Below, in pieces: positions 1 through 10,594 of a stretch of DNA of 64,000 nucleotides; the stretch's first letter is position 1; every line of letters begins with the position of its first letter. The notes under the pieces were generated by a model. That model was not told where the DNA came from. It did no database searches and saw nothing but the letters and a program-made list of their open reading frames with translations. This DNA is from Oligoflexia bacterium (GTDB lineage Bacteria > Bdellovibrionota > UBA1018): assembly GCA_963758495.1 (NCBI GenBank), contig CAVWVI010000004.1, positions 992,001-1,056,000 on the forward strand, read 5' to 3'. A program made the position numbers and the translations under genes.

Positions 1-301
1 AACCAAATGGAGCTTCCGTCCACTCTAGATGACCGACAGTTGCCGGAACCACGTTTGCCTAGAGTGTGCATGATGCCGCCATTTCTATCCTAAAAGGAGC
101 AATAGAATCAACTGAAAAAATGGGGCAATAGCATGGGATAAAACTCAATACTTGATAAAACAAATCAACTTAAGCCAGTGGGAGCTTTATGAATTAATTT
201 GCATTTTTTTTGTATGCTTTGTTTTTATTTTAGTAACTATCCATGCAAAAAAAGAGCAAATCATTATCAGATATTGAAATTTTAAGCGCCTACCAGTATA
301 A

Positions 302-1798
302 CTAGTCTAGTTGACTGTTTAATTCAAAAATAGCTTCCAGACCCAGAATTCGATGAAAATAATCGGACCTCTGAAGTTCAGGGGTTACGCCATTTGCTGC
401 AATAAGAACACGCTCCACTGTATATTTTTGAGGAGCCTGAAGTAACTCTATCTTTCTTTGAACCTGCGCGATGACTTCTGTACCAATAGGATTTATAGAA
501 AATTTACACTCAATCAATGATAAGATCTGACCTTTTCGATGAATCAGAGCATCAATTTGCACTCCTTCAAGAGATTGCGCTATTTTTTTTGACTTCCTGA
601 TTTGCCCCTTCTTTTTAGAGCGATGGGACGTGCGCGGCCCTTGCCTAAAGAAAGGACCATAACCCAAGACATCCTGAGGCAAGATATTTAAATGCTCTAG
701 CAGATTAGGTAAGTTTTTAAAGCAAAGTCGCTCAAATGCTAAGCCAAAATAGGCAGCCAAGCTTTGATTGGTTAGACTCTCGAATAAGCCTCTGGATGTA
801 TTGGATTGAATCGATAAGAGATTGGGCTCAATATAAGAAAAATAAAAATGGAGCCATTCATCCCAAAGGACATACTTCTGGGTTTTAGTCCCCTTGGACT
901 TTTCTAATGAAAGAGAAGGAAATTTTTTGACAAAATCAGCCGCTTCTAAGTTTGTAAGATACCCCGTTAGCCCTCCTCCACCCTCGACATTGAGTGCTTT
1001 CGCTAAGCTCTCTTTTGACTGACTTTCTTTACTTAAAAAACGAACGATACTCTCATACGTTTTGATGACTTTGAATTGTTCTTTAAATAGCGTTTCAAAT
1101 TCCGTCACAAAAAAACCGTACTTTTGGAAGCAAAGTCGATCCATGTTTTCAGACAATGATCGAGAAGGATCAAGTTGTTCCAAATATTTTGGAATTCCTC
1201 CAAAAATCATTAAAAACTTAGCGATCTCGAAATAAGATCGCTTTCCTCTGAAAAATAATTTTGCTTCATGTGCTGGCAATGAATCGAGTTTGATCTCAAG
1301 CGTTTTTCGGTTATGAAGAGCGGTGGAGTGAACCAGATGTTTAACCATAAACTGCGCCACTGAGCCGCATAAAATCAGCTTTACACCTGGATTCTCTTTC
1401 CAGTGTCGATCCCAATAATATTTTATCAAGGAAATGAGTTCTTTGCGCTCCGAGGCCATCCACTGAAATTCATCAAAAACAATATAATGTTTTCCTTTAC
1501 TCACAATCCCAGTGAATGCATCGAGTGCTTGAGGCCAGCTATCAGCCCTGTAGGGTATGCTTTTCGTCATTTTAGCTAATTCATTCGTAAAATGGAAAAT
1601 CTGCTTTTTCAGAGAGACTCCCTGAATGCCTTCGAAGTATAGGCTTCGATGGGGCTGGCCTATTTTACTTTGGATGAGATGTTTTAATAAACTAGACTTT
1701 CCAACTCTTCTTCTCCCATAAAGAATGACCAGTTCGGCACGAGTTGAATTCACTGCATCTGTCAAAATCTTAATTTCATACGATCGCCCAATAAACAT
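302..1798 (-). CDS. Stand-alone AAA/archaeal-type ATPase with central wHTH and C-terminal PD-(D/E)xK-like (DUF234-type) domain
   Basis: MFIGR start, Walker A YGRRRVGKS, Walker B IVFDEFQ, ILCGS and GGIPKYL motifs; C-terminal QID..IH...LIECK nuclease-like motif. ATG at 1798 preferred over the ORF-track TTG at 1834. Confidence 0.85.
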   Translation of the reverse strand: MFIGRSYEIKILTDAVNSTRAELVILYGRRRVGKSSLLKHLIQSKIGQPHRSLYFEGIQGVSLKKQIFHFTNELAKMTKSIPYRADSWPQALDAFTGIVSKGKHYIVFDEFQWMASERKELISLIKYYWDRHWKENPGVKLILCGSVAQFMVKHLVHSTALHNRKTLEIKLDSLPAHEAKLFFRGKRSYFEIAKFLMIFGGIPKYLEQLDPSRSLSENMDRLCFQKYGFFVTEFETLFKEQFKVIKTYESIVRFLSKESQSKESLAKALNVEGGGGLTGYLTNLEAADFVKKFPSLSLEKSKGTKTQKYVLWDEWLHFYFSYIEPNLLSIQSNTSRGLFESLTNQSLAAYFGLAFERLCFKNLPNLLEHLNILPQDVLGYGPFFRQGPRTSHRSKKKGQIRKSKKIAQSLEGVQIDALIHRKGQILSLIECKFSINPIGTEVIAQVQRKIELLQAPQKYTVERVLIAANGVTPELQRSDYFHRILGLEAIFELNSQLD

Positions 1799-1808
1799 AT
1801 TTATCAAG

Positions 1809-1908
1809 TTAGATCGGCAAACATCGCACGTCAACCGATGTTTGCCGATCTAACGAATTTTCCTTAGATCGGCAAACATCGTATGTCAATCGATCTTTGC
1901 CGATCTAA
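1809..1908. promoter_or_regulatory. Double palindromic operator-like array overlapping a sigma70-like promoter of the ATPase
   Basis: TTAGATCGGCAAACATCG at 1809-1826 and 1864-1881; reverse complements at 1836-1853 and 1891-1908 (1 mismatch). Minus-strand TTGACG-N17-TAACTT at 1834-1806. Confidence 0.7.
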
Positions 1909-1978
1909 GAAAAATGGATTTTCGCATTGGGAATGTATTCCTATTGACTTCAATCTCAGCACCGCTAAATTAAAAAAA

Positions 1979-2785
1979 ATGAACCATTTTGTGCGCGTCT
2001 TTACCTTAGTGCTACTACTCGGGGTCATATTCAGTCACAGTTCAAGTCGCAGTACTTATGCAGCGGAAAAAGCAGAGAACCTACCGCCACGACCGTATTA
2101 TTACGTTTCAGACGAAGAAAAGATTCTCACCCCTCACACACTCCATGCGGCAGAAGCTCTCCTTGTAGAACACGATCGACTTACTGGCGAACAATTCATG
2201 GTCGCCTTGATTAAAAACTTAAATCAAGAAAATCTAACCGACCGCTCCCATCAGATCTTCACGCACTGGCAAATGGGCAACACCGGCCAGAATAATGGAA
2301 TGCTTTTGACGGTCTTTTATGAAAATCAACAAGCTTATTTGGAAGTTGGTTTTGGCTTGGAAGATAAGCTCACTGATACAAAGACTAAACCAATCCTCTC
2401 CACATTCGTGATTCCGGAATTGAAAAAAAACGACCCCAATACTGCTATTGTCATTGGAATTTATCACCTCCTGGAAGCACTGGACAGCCCGCTCATACAG
2501 AGCGGTAAAGCCGCCGAAATCCTTCACCAAGATGGACTACGTCATCTTCTAAGAAACAAGGACGAAGTTTCTTACACCTACACCTGGAAAGAATGGGTCA
2601 CACTTTTTACATTAGGAATCACCTTACTCATCATTGTCCTGAGCCAAATCCTCTCACGCGAGGCGCAATTCACCCGAAGAGGCTGGTACCGACATCATCC
2701 ATGGAAACTATTCCTCAATCGACTTCGCCATCATAAAAAACTCAAAAAACAAAGCCAGATCGGGGGCGCCTATGGTTATTGGTAA
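1979..2785 (+). CDS. TPM domain (YgcG-like) membrane protein with signal peptide
   Basis: N-terminal hydrophobic signal, YVSDEEKIL, WQMG...NNGMLL, EVGFGLE..LTD, TM helix, GGAYGYW end. ATG at 1979. Confidence 0.85.
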   Translation: MNHFVRVFTLVLLLGVIFSHSSSRSTYAAEKAENLPPRPYYYVSDEEKILTPHTLHAAEALLVEHDRLTGEQFMVALIKNLNQENLTDRSHQIFTHWQMGNTGQNNGMLLTVFYENQQAYLEVGFGLEDKLTDTKTKPILSTFVIPELKKNDPNTAIVIGIYHLLEALDSPLIQSGKAAEILHQDGLRHLLRNKDEVSYTYTWKEWVTLFTLGITLLIIVLSQILSREAQFTRRGWYRHHPWKLFLNRLRHHKKLKKQSQIGGAYGYW

Positions 2786-3191
2786 TCTGGAAAAGGATTC
2801 TCCCATTATCGCGGCAATCCAAGAAGCAGAAGCTGAATCTACTATTGAGATTCAAGTTCATCTTTCTAAAAGGTGGCTAGAAATCAATCCCCTGAAAAGA
2901 GCAAAAAAACTTTTCATCCAATACGAAATGAGCACCGCCCCTGAACGACCCCTGGTGCTTTTGTATGTGAATTTACGGAAGAAACTATTTTCCGTAGCAA
3001 CCGACATCCAGACATACAACACAACGAGTCAAGTCTTTTGGGAGATTTTTCTGAAAGAATTTGGAATCCATCTCAGGTCCACTCAAAGCGAAAAAGCGAT
3101 CGCCCTAGGTGTAAAATCGCTTGGAGAAGGAATGAAAAAATTCTTCCCATCCTCGCTAAAATATGATCTTACTGAGCGCGTCAATATGTAA
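2772..3191 (+). CDS. TPM-domain partner protein
   Basis: AAIQEAEAESTIEIQVHL and VLLYVNL..K.F motifs; overlaps the upstream TPM gene. Confidence 0.75.
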   Translation: MVIGNLEKDSPIIAAIQEAEAESTIEIQVHLSKRWLEINPLKRAKKLFIQYEMSTAPERPLVLLYVNLRKKLFSVATDIQTYNTTSQVFWEIFLKEFGIHLRSTQSEKAIALGVKSLGEGMKKFFPSSLKYDLTERVNM

Positions 3192-3205
3192 AAAAGGAAT
3201 TATTT

Positions 3206-3646
3206 ATGCCTCTCAGTACACAAAAGTCCTCCAATCCAGAAGCTATGGAATGCCTTGAAAAAATCTTCCAAGCAGAGATGTCTGGAATTATCCGCTATCT
3301 GCATTACTCTTTCATGATCATGGGACACAATCGGATTCCCATTCAAAAATGGTTTCGAGATCAAGCACAAGAGAGCATGGGTCATGCAACTATGATCGGA
3401 GAAAAAATTACTTCATTAGGAGGTCACCCTCCTGTAGTTTCTGCACGAATTGAAGAAACGAACGCTCACGAAGTAGACCAGATCCTCCAAGAGAGCTTAG
3501 GATTCGAAGCTGCAACCTTAGAACTTTACAAGAAGCTCGTTCACCTCGCCGGTGATGACATTGCCCTTGAAGAAATGGCACGCGAATTCGTTCGTACTGA
3601 AACCGAACATGTCGATGAAGTCCAAAAAATGCTGAGAAATAAATAA
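3206..3646 (+). CDS. Ferritin-like / bacterioferritin family protein
   Basis: ExxH-type ferroxidase motifs (QESMGHA, TETEHVDE), KITSLGGHP. Confidence 0.8.
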   Translation: MPLSTQKSSNPEAMECLEKIFQAEMSGIIRYLHYSFMIMGHNRIPIQKWFRDQAQESMGHATMIGEKITSLGGHPPVVSARIEETNAHEVDQILQESLGFEAATLELYKKLVHLAGDDIALEEMAREFVRTETEHVDEVQKMLRNK

Positions 3647-3653
3647 TATTTTT

Positions 3654-3700
3654 AAAGCCCAGATTCAATGAGCCTCCCTATGGACTTGAATCTGGGCTTT
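3654..3700 (+). terminator. Hairpin, probable intrinsic terminator
   Basis: 15-bp perfect inverted repeat AAAGCCCAGATTCAA / TTGAATCTGGGCTTT just after the stop codon. Confidence 0.6.
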
Positions 3701-3873
3701 CAACTTCCCGACACCGCTTATCAAACTCATCTAAACGTCAATACCTGACTAAATAACTACAACTTTCACTCCCTAAACAATATTAATTAAGCAGGATAAG
3801 TGGCATTTATACGGATGTTAGTACAGGTTACGAAGAACTTGCTATACTCACATAACTTTACTATAAACTCTTT

Positions 3874-5055
3874 ATGAATCCCTTAAATAATCCTTTTTCT
3901 CCCGGTGCAGGATCTCCTCCTCCAGAATTGGCTGGAAGACAGCCTATTTTGGAGCGAGCTAGAATTGCCCTAGCTAGACTGAAGAACGGAAAGTCTGAAA
4001 AAAGCTTTTTGCTAGTTGGGCTTCGCGGCGTAGGAAAAACAGTTCTATTAAATGAAATCCATAAACTCGCAGAAGCTGAAGGCTATAAATCTATTTTTAT
4101 TGAAGCGCATGAAAATAAATCTCTTGCTGCACTCTTACTCCCTCAGATTAGACAACTTCTTTACACGTTGGATCGGATGGAGAATATAAGTCAGAAAGTA
4201 AAACGAGGGTTTCGTGTTCTACGAAGTTTTTTTAATGGAGTGAAGGTTAAAACCCAGGATATTGAGTTCAGTTTAGATGTTGATCCTGAGACAGGAACTG
4301 CTGATAGCGGTGATCTTGAATCCGATCTACCTATTTTACTAGAAGCTATTAGCGAGGCAGCTGCAGACCGAAAAACGGCTGTTGCATTGATAATCGACGA
4401 ATTACAATATTTAACCGAAGAAGAGCTAAGCGCGCTCATTATGGCAATGCATAAAATTGCCCAAAAACAACTGCCACTCGTTTTAGTTGGAGCTGGACTC
4501 CCGCAATTAGTAGCACTCGCTGGACGATCCAAATCCTATGCAGAACGTTTATTTGATTTTCCTCGCATAGGACCCTTACAGGAAGCTGATGCCATCAAAG
4601 CGGTTCAAGAACCTGTCAAAGAGCAAGGTATAGAGTTTACAGAGGAAGCTTTGCAGGAAATTATTATTAAAACTAAAGGCTATCCCTACTTTCTCCAAGA
4701 ATGGGGATATCAAGCGTGGAATCTTGCGCCCACCTCTCCTATCGATAAGGAGATTATTCAAAAAGCTACAAGTGCATCAATCGATCGCTTGGATGAGAGT
4801 TTTTTTCGTGTACGCTTTGATCGGCTTACGCCTAGAGAAAAAGAATATCTAAGAGGGCTTGCAGAGCTGGGTGTCGGAGCCCAACGGTCAGGTGATATTG
4901 CAGAGAAACTTGGAGTTAAAGCACAGAGCATTGCACCCATAAGAAATAGCTTAATTAAAAAAGGTATGATCTATAGCCCTACTCATGGTGATACTGAATT
5001 CACCGTTCCGTTATTTGATGAATTCATAAAACGAGTTATGCCTTTAGCAAATTAA
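3874..5055 (+). CDS. Stand-alone AAA ATPase (AAA_16-like) with C-terminal wHTH
   Basis: NPFSPGAG..PP.LAGR start, Walker A GLRGVGKT, Walker B LIIDELQ, GYPYFLQ, C-terminal LIKKGMIY wHTH. Confidence 0.85.
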   Translation: MNPLNNPFSPGAGSPPPELAGRQPILERARIALARLKNGKSEKSFLLVGLRGVGKTVLLNEIHKLAEAEGYKSIFIEAHENKSLAALLLPQIRQLLYTLDRMENISQKVKRGFRVLRSFFNGVKVKTQDIEFSLDVDPETGTADSGDLESDLPILLEAISEAAADRKTAVALIIDELQYLTEEELSALIMAMHKIAQKQLPLVLVGAGLPQLVALAGRSKSYAERLFDFPRIGPLQEADAIKAVQEPVKEQGIEFTEEALQEIIIKTKGYPYFLQEWGYQAWNLAPTSPIDKEIIQKATSASIDRLDESFFRVRFDRLTPREKEYLRGLAELGVGAQRSGDIAEKLGVKAQSIAPIRNSLIKKGMIYSPTHGDTEFTVPLFDEFIKRVMPLAN

Positions 5056-5091
5056 GTGAATTTAAATAGAGAATATCTATAGAGAGTATCA

Positions 5092-6399
5092 ATGACTAGC
5101 TCAATTGAGTCTTTAATTCATTCCCTTACACTTGAATCTGGATTTTCATTCGGCGGCCCTCTCGATTCCTTATTTTCGAAGGAATCTCTTCAATCTCACT
5201 CAATCACCCAACCTCTCCATCCCCCGCTCGGCAGTGATCACTACTGGATGCTTGAGGCTTTTCGTACCGCCCTTTCAGGAGTCGGAATCTCCAACCCCAA
5301 TCCATCTGTCGGTTGTGTGATCGTAGATTCACAAGGCAAGGAGATTTCAAGAGGATTCACTCACGCCTATCGAGGAATCCACGCTGAAAAAGATGCATTC
5401 AACAAGATTCAAGACTTCTCGTTACTCAAAGACGCAACTGCGTACGTTTCTCTTGAGCCCTGCTCTCACCAAGGCAACCAACCCCCCTGCTCAGATTTAC
5501 TGACTTCATCATCCATTCGAAGAGTCGTCATTTCACGTACTGACCCTGACCCTCGAGTGAATGGAGAAGGAATTCAAAAGCTAAAGAGTGCTGGGAAGGA
5601 AGTTTCATTAGGTTTGTATTCGCAAGAAACCACCGCATGGAATTTTTCATTTTTTGCCCAACGGACTCTAGGAAGACCTTGCATTGCACTGAAGTGGGCA
5701 CAAACCCTAGATGGACAACTTGCAGATGACCTAAATTCTTCGCAATGGATTACCGGTCCTACTGCTCGATCCTATACACACTGGCTTAGACAACGTTACG
5801 ATGCCATCTTAGTGGGAGCTCAAACTGTTTTGACAGATCTTCCAAGCCTTTCTGCTCGTGATTGTCAGCCCCCCCTCCAACATCAGCCTCTCCCCATCAT
5901 TCTGGATCCACGAGGACTTTGTCTCAGTGTCAATCTAGAAGTACAAACTCAGTTAAATTCAAAAACGTTCACTCCTGGGCGACGTTGTGTCTACATCACG
6001 ACCCCAGCCACTCTCAAAAAAAATTCAACCTCCTGGCTACACCAGAAAAAAGAAATCTTGATCCTCACCCTCCCAGGGAAAAAGCTCATCTCTGAACTCG
6101 CATCCTTACTGGAAGGCCGAGAGATCTCCGATTTTTTGGGGCGTCCCTTTCAAAGCGTCATGGTAGAGGGAGGCGCTAAAACACTGACCTCTTTCTTAAA
6201 AGAAGGCTACGCAGATCTACTCCATACGTTCATAGCTCCCCTACTGACAGGGGGAGAGCGAAACAGATTGCAACTTCATCATCTTTTAAAAGAAGCTCAA
6301 AAATTCCAGCTCATTTCCACCTCTCGCTTTGATTCTGATATTCTGATGGAGATGGTGTCTCAGAAGCTTGCTCAAGAAATATTTACCCTACGTCAGTAG
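5092..6399 (+). CDS. ribD: Riboflavin biosynthesis bifunctional deaminase/reductase RibD
   Basis: PNPSVGCVIV, HAE, SLEPCSH..PPC, KWAQTLDG, MVEGG motifs. Confidence 0.93.
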   Translation: MTSSIESLIHSLTLESGFSFGGPLDSLFSKESLQSHSITQPLHPPLGSDHYWMLEAFRTALSGVGISNPNPSVGCVIVDSQGKEISRGFTHAYRGIHAEKDAFNKIQDFSLLKDATAYVSLEPCSHQGNQPPCSDLLTSSSIRRVVISRTDPDPRVNGEGIQKLKSAGKEVSLGLYSQETTAWNFSFFAQRTLGRPCIALKWAQTLDGQLADDLNSSQWITGPTARSYTHWLRQRYDAILVGAQTVLTDLPSLSARDCQPPLQHQPLPIILDPRGLCLSVNLEVQTQLNSKTFTPGRRCVYITTPATLKKNSTSWLHQKKEILILTLPGKKLISELASLLEGREISDFLGRPFQSVMVEGGAKTLTSFLKEGYADLLHTFIAPLLTGGERNRLQLHHLLKEAQKFQLISTSRFDSDILMEMVSQKLAQEIFTLRQ

Positions 6400-6445
6400 T
6401 TCCTTGCAGTGCTTACCCGCTACCTAGACACCTACTCCCACAACA

Positions 6446-7045
6446 CTACTTAAAACTCACGCGATAATTGAAAGACTTGCCCCAATTAAGTTCAGCGATT
6501 TGGCCCGACGACACAGGACCCACTCCTGCAGGAGTCCCGGTAAAAATGACATCCCCGTCGCAAAGTGGAAAAAACTTTTTTGCGTAGATTGCACATTTTT
6601 CGGCAGAAAAGCGCATTTCCTTTCCATATCCTCTCTGACGAACTTGACCATCGAGACTGAAGGCAAACTCTTCTTCTAAAAATTTTTCAAAACTAGAAAC
6701 TGGAACCCAAGGCCCAATCACGGCTGAATTTTTAAAGACCTTTGAAATTTCCCAAGGCTGACCCTTTTTCCTCAGCTGAGCTTGTTCATCTCGGAGTGTC
6801 AAATCCAACCCCAGTGAGACTGAGTGAATCAACCCTTTCGAATCCAACTGAAGTATGATTTCACACTCATGATGAACTTCACCACGGCCCACGGGTAGCT
6901 CCACTTGAACCAAGTCTCTCATGGATTGTACTTTCACAACCACACTGGGAGGCTTGAGAAAAAGAACAGGATTTTCTGAAGTAGTGTCTCCCATTTCTAG
7001 CGCATGAGAGAGATAGTTTTTTCCAAAACAAATGAGTTTATCCAT
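6446..7045 (-). CDS. Fumarylacetoacetate hydrolase family protein
   Basis: CFGKNY..H, FLKP, HHECE, DLTLRD, GDVIFTGTPAGVG. Confidence 0.93.
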   Translation of the reverse strand: MDKLICFGKNYLSHALEMGDTTSENPVLFLKPPSVVVKVQSMRDLVQVELPVGRGEVHHECEIILQLDSKGLIHSVSLGLDLTLRDEQAQLRKKGQPWEISKVFKNSAVIGPWVPVSSFEKFLEEEFAFSLDGQVRQRGYGKEMRFSAEKCAIYAKKFFPLCDGDVIFTGTPAGVGPVSSGQIAELNWGKSFNYRVSFK

Positions 7046-7183
7046 ATTAGGTACCTTCTCCAAATAGTTCTCTTATCTAATTTCCACATGATAAACAATA
7101 CCACCTGGGTAACCATTATCTTCAGTGCAAATTCTTAGTATTTGTTATAACGCTTTGTTCGTTGAGGAAGGGGGGAGTAAAGT

Positions 7184-9154
7184 GTGCGTAATCGACTCAT
7201 AAAATGGGTAAAGCTCAATGAAAGGATCTTAACCATCCTCGCGAGCTCCATTTGCCTTACTCTTCTACTCCTCAATCTAGATTTCAATTTCTTAGAAGCT
7301 AACCTTTATGACCTCAGAGTTTCCCATGGCTATCCGAGTAATTCTAGTGATGAAATAGCCCTAATCGCTTTAGATGATACCACTACAAAAGAGTTCAATA
7401 ACTTTGCTCCGTTTTCTCTAGATTTCCATTCGCGTCTTTTAGAAACCCTTGAAACATTCAATCCTAAAGCAGTGGGTTATTTAATCGACATGAATCATGT
7501 CAAACAAGTCAACCGAGAGTTTTTTAAAGGACCTTGGGCAACTCGATTTATCGAAGCCACAAAACGAATGAACGCAAAAGGTATTCCATTTCTTCTCGGT
7601 ACCCCTTTTGATGTTACTGGAGAAGTTATACCCCCGACGCCCCTCAATACACTTCCCCATTCTGTTGCATTGGTGCATCAGGACGGGAATGTATTTTCAG
7701 AAGATAAAATTACCCGAAGAGCATTGCTCACCTTATATGGAAAACCAGCCTTTCATCTCAATCTAGCAGAAAAGCTAGGGCTTACTGATCGAAATGAGAT
7801 GCCAAAAGGAACCTTCTATATTCCTGATGTGGATGCAAAGTATTTTTTCTTTAGGTACCATTCAAGCACTGCCCTGAACCAAAAACAGTTGAAGAACTTT
7901 CCCTATTCTACCTACTCATTTGCGGATGTCCTGAATCGACGCATCCCATTGGAAAATTTAAAAAATAAAATTATCCTAGTGGGCACGTTGTCATCAGATG
8001 ACTCTGCTGACTTTGCACTCACTCCGTTCTCCAAAGCCTCGTTTTCCAATCCAAAATTGCTAGTACACGCCAATATCTTAGACTCAATCCTTCATCAAGA
8101 TGGCATTATTCGTGCTCCTCATATTCTCAATGGCTTAGTCACATTTTTAGTCACGACGATTGTCTTGTGGTGGATCATGACATCCACTCCTCTTTATGGA
8201 GTGTTCGCAACTCTCACTTTAGCGCTTTCACTCATTATCATCAATCAAGCTCTCTTTCAAATTAGAGGCCTTTGGTTACGTGAGAGCCAGCCTCTCGTTG
8301 GAATATTTGTCAGTTACTATCTAGCAGTTCCTTATCGACTCATTCGAGAATATAAAAAACGATGGGATTACCAACAAAAAAATGAACTCCTCACTCAGGT
8401 TGAGGAACTCAAAACAAACTTTCTCTCCTTAGTAACACACGATTTAAAAACACCAGTTGCGAGAATACAAGGCCTTGCAGAAGTTCTTCTTCGCGGATCA
8501 CTCAATCGCCTCTCTCTCACCGAAAGAGATAATCTCAAAAACATCATTAGCTCTACTGAAGAATTAAACCATTTCATTTCCAGCATTCTAGAACTCAGCA
8601 AGGTCGAATCCGATCACCTTCATTTGAACCTCGCCTCCAAAGATATTAACCATTTAATTGAAAGATCAATTGAAGTTTTTCAAACCCAAGCCCACGCTCA
8701 GCAAATTCAAATTCATGCTGAGCTAGAACCTATATTTCCGATTAAAATAGATGCATCATTGATTTCAAAGGTTTTAAATAATCTGATTGATAACGCAATT
8801 AAATACTCCCAACCTCAATCAATCATCTCAATTCGATCTAAAGAAGAAAATAATTGGATCGTGATTTCTGTTCAAGATCAAGGAATCGGGATGACGGAAG
8901 AAGAACAAGAACGCCTCTTTACTCGATTTTATAGAGCTAAAAACGATACGACTACCGCTATCTCAGGAACAGGTCTGGGGCTCTATCTTACAAAGTATTT
9001 TATCGAAGCTCACCACGGAAAAGTCGAAGTAGTGAGTGAAAAAAATCTAGGGAGCACCTTCCAAATCTTCTTACCCCTCCAAGGCAGCTCTGGCGAATAC
9101 CCTAAATTCTCAACTCATCCAATCCCGATATTCAAGGAGAATTCTAATGTTTAA
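7184..9154 (+). CDS. CHASE2-like domain membrane sensor histidine kinase
   Basis: E..LYDLR N-terminus, VHANILDSIL, TM helices, HisKA THDLKTP, HATPase NLIDNAIKY/DQGIG/GTGLGL. Confidence 0.9.
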   Translation: MRNRLIKWVKLNERILTILASSICLTLLLLNLDFNFLEANLYDLRVSHGYPSNSSDEIALIALDDTTTKEFNNFAPFSLDFHSRLLETLETFNPKAVGYLIDMNHVKQVNREFFKGPWATRFIEATKRMNAKGIPFLLGTPFDVTGEVIPPTPLNTLPHSVALVHQDGNVFSEDKITRRALLTLYGKPAFHLNLAEKLGLTDRNEMPKGTFYIPDVDAKYFFFRYHSSTALNQKQLKNFPYSTYSFADVLNRRIPLENLKNKIILVGTLSSDDSADFALTPFSKASFSNPKLLVHANILDSILHQDGIIRAPHILNGLVTFLVTTIVLWWIMTSTPLYGVFATLTLALSLIIINQALFQIRGLWLRESQPLVGIFVSYYLAVPYRLIREYKKRWDYQQKNELLTQVEELKTNFLSLVTHDLKTPVARIQGLAEVLLRGSLNRLSLTERDNLKNIISSTEELNHFISSILELSKVESDHLHLNLASKDINHLIERSIEVFQTQAHAQQIQIHAELEPIFPIKIDASLISKVLNNLIDNAIKYSQPQSIISIRSKEENNWIVISVQDQGIGMTEEEQERLFTRFYRAKNDTTTAISGTGLGLYLTKYFIEAHHGKVEVVSEKNLGSTFQIFLPLQGSSGEYPKFSTHPIPIFKENSNV

Positions 9155-10583
9155 AGTATTAGTCACCGATGACGACTCACAACTCCGACTTTCTGTTGCA
9201 TCTGCCCTGACCGCTAACCATTATAGGGTAGATCAAGCTAAAGATGGCGAAGAAGGTATCAATCGCGTAAAAGCAGGACATTACGATCTCGTCCTGATGG
9301 ATGTCAATATGCCCCGAGTATCTGGCATGGAAGCTCTTAAGGAAATCAAAGCCTATGACCCATCTATTATTGTGATTATCCTGACTGCCTTTTCAAACGT
9401 ACGAGATGCTGTCGAAGCCACTAAAGAAGGTGCTTATAATTATCTGGAAAAGCCGATCAAAGCTGAAAATTTAGTTTACTTGGTTGACAAGGCGTTGCGC
9501 GCGAAACACATGATCCGCAATATGACTCTATCTGCCCCTGTATTTAAACTTCCCAACGGTACAGACTTTATTGGTCAAAGTTCCGAAATGAAACGAATCT
9601 TTGGCGTCATTGACAAGCTCTCTCGGGTGGATACCTCTGTCATTATTCGAGGGGAAAGTGGGACTGGGAAAGAATTAGTGGCGCAAGCTTTACATTTTAA
9701 TAGCTCCAGAAAAGATAACCGATTCGTGACCATTAATTGTTCTGCAATTCCAGAAAGCTTAATCGAAAGTGAATTTTTTGGACACGAAAAAGGAGCTTTC
9801 ACTGGAGCCGATTCTAGAAAAATAGGAAAATTCCAATACGCTGATGGTGGAACTTTATTTCTTGATGAAATTGGAGACATCTCATCTGGAATGCAAGTTA
9901 AACTACTTCGAGCTTTACAAGAAAAAAAATTCACTCCCGTTGGATCGAATCGTGAAGTTGAAGTCAATCTTCGCATAGTTGCAGCCACTAATCGGAATTT
10001 GGAAGAAATGATTAAAAAAGGAGAATTCCGAGAAGATCTCTTCTATAGACTCAATGTTCTACCTATTCAACTTCCACCCTTACGAGAAAGAAAAAATGAT
10101 ATAGAAGCTCTTGCCACTTACTTCATAGAGAAGTTTAATCAACAACATCATAAGAATATTACTCACTTGTCTCCTGATGCGATGGCGTCACTCAAAGCTC
10201 ATTCTTGGCCTGGGAATATCCGTGAATTGGAAAATGTTATTGAACATGCATTTGTCATAGAAACCACTACAGAGCTCACACTTGCAAGCTTGCCAGATAC
10301 CTTTATACATAAAAATGCCCCCCCCCCTCCCGCTTCCATTCTTTCTGTTTCGACAGGAGGTTCAATCGGAATTCCGTTAGGAGTCGGGAAAGGATTTACC
10401 CTCGACATCAACCACCTTGATTTTCAGGCAAACAAAGAAGAGTTCGAACGACAATTTCTCATCAGCGCCCTTAAAGCATTTAAGGGAAGAATCAATCAAA
10501 CCGCACTACATGCAAATATTCCAAAAAAGACTCTTTTAAGAAAACTTGAGAAATATGCAATTAACGCACGGGACTATTGCTAA
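9147..10583 (+). CDS. Sigma-54-dependent response regulator (NtrC/AtoC family)
   Basis: Receiver domain (DDD, DVNMP, KP), GESGTGKE, GAFTGA, FLDEIGD, WPGNIREL, C-terminal Fis-like HTH. Confidence 0.95.
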   Translation: MFKVLVTDDDSQLRLSVASALTANHYRVDQAKDGEEGINRVKAGHYDLVLMDVNMPRVSGMEALKEIKAYDPSIIVIILTAFSNVRDAVEATKEGAYNYLEKPIKAENLVYLVDKALRAKHMIRNMTLSAPVFKLPNGTDFIGQSSEMKRIFGVIDKLSRVDTSVIIRGESGTGKELVAQALHFNSSRKDNRFVTINCSAIPESLIESEFFGHEKGAFTGADSRKIGKFQYADGGTLFLDEIGDISSGMQVKLLRALQEKKFTPVGSNREVEVNLRIVAATNRNLEEMIKKGEFREDLFYRLNVLPIQLPPLRERKNDIEALATYFIEKFNQQHHKNITHLSPDAMASLKAHSWPGNIRELENVIEHAFVIETTTELTLASLPDTFIHKNAPPPPASILSVSTGGSIGIPLGVGKGFTLDINHLDFQANKEEFERQFLISALKAFKGRINQTALHANIPKKTLLRKLEKYAINARDYC

Positions 10584-10594
10584 ACAGCTTATTA

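Noticed and set aside
198..260. Imperfect inverted repeat in an AT-rich intergenic region
   Set aside because: Mostly A/T runs; could arise by chance
1809..1908. Possible mini CRISPR array
   Set aside because: Repeats alternate in orientation, spacers are only 9-10 nt, and no cas genes are present
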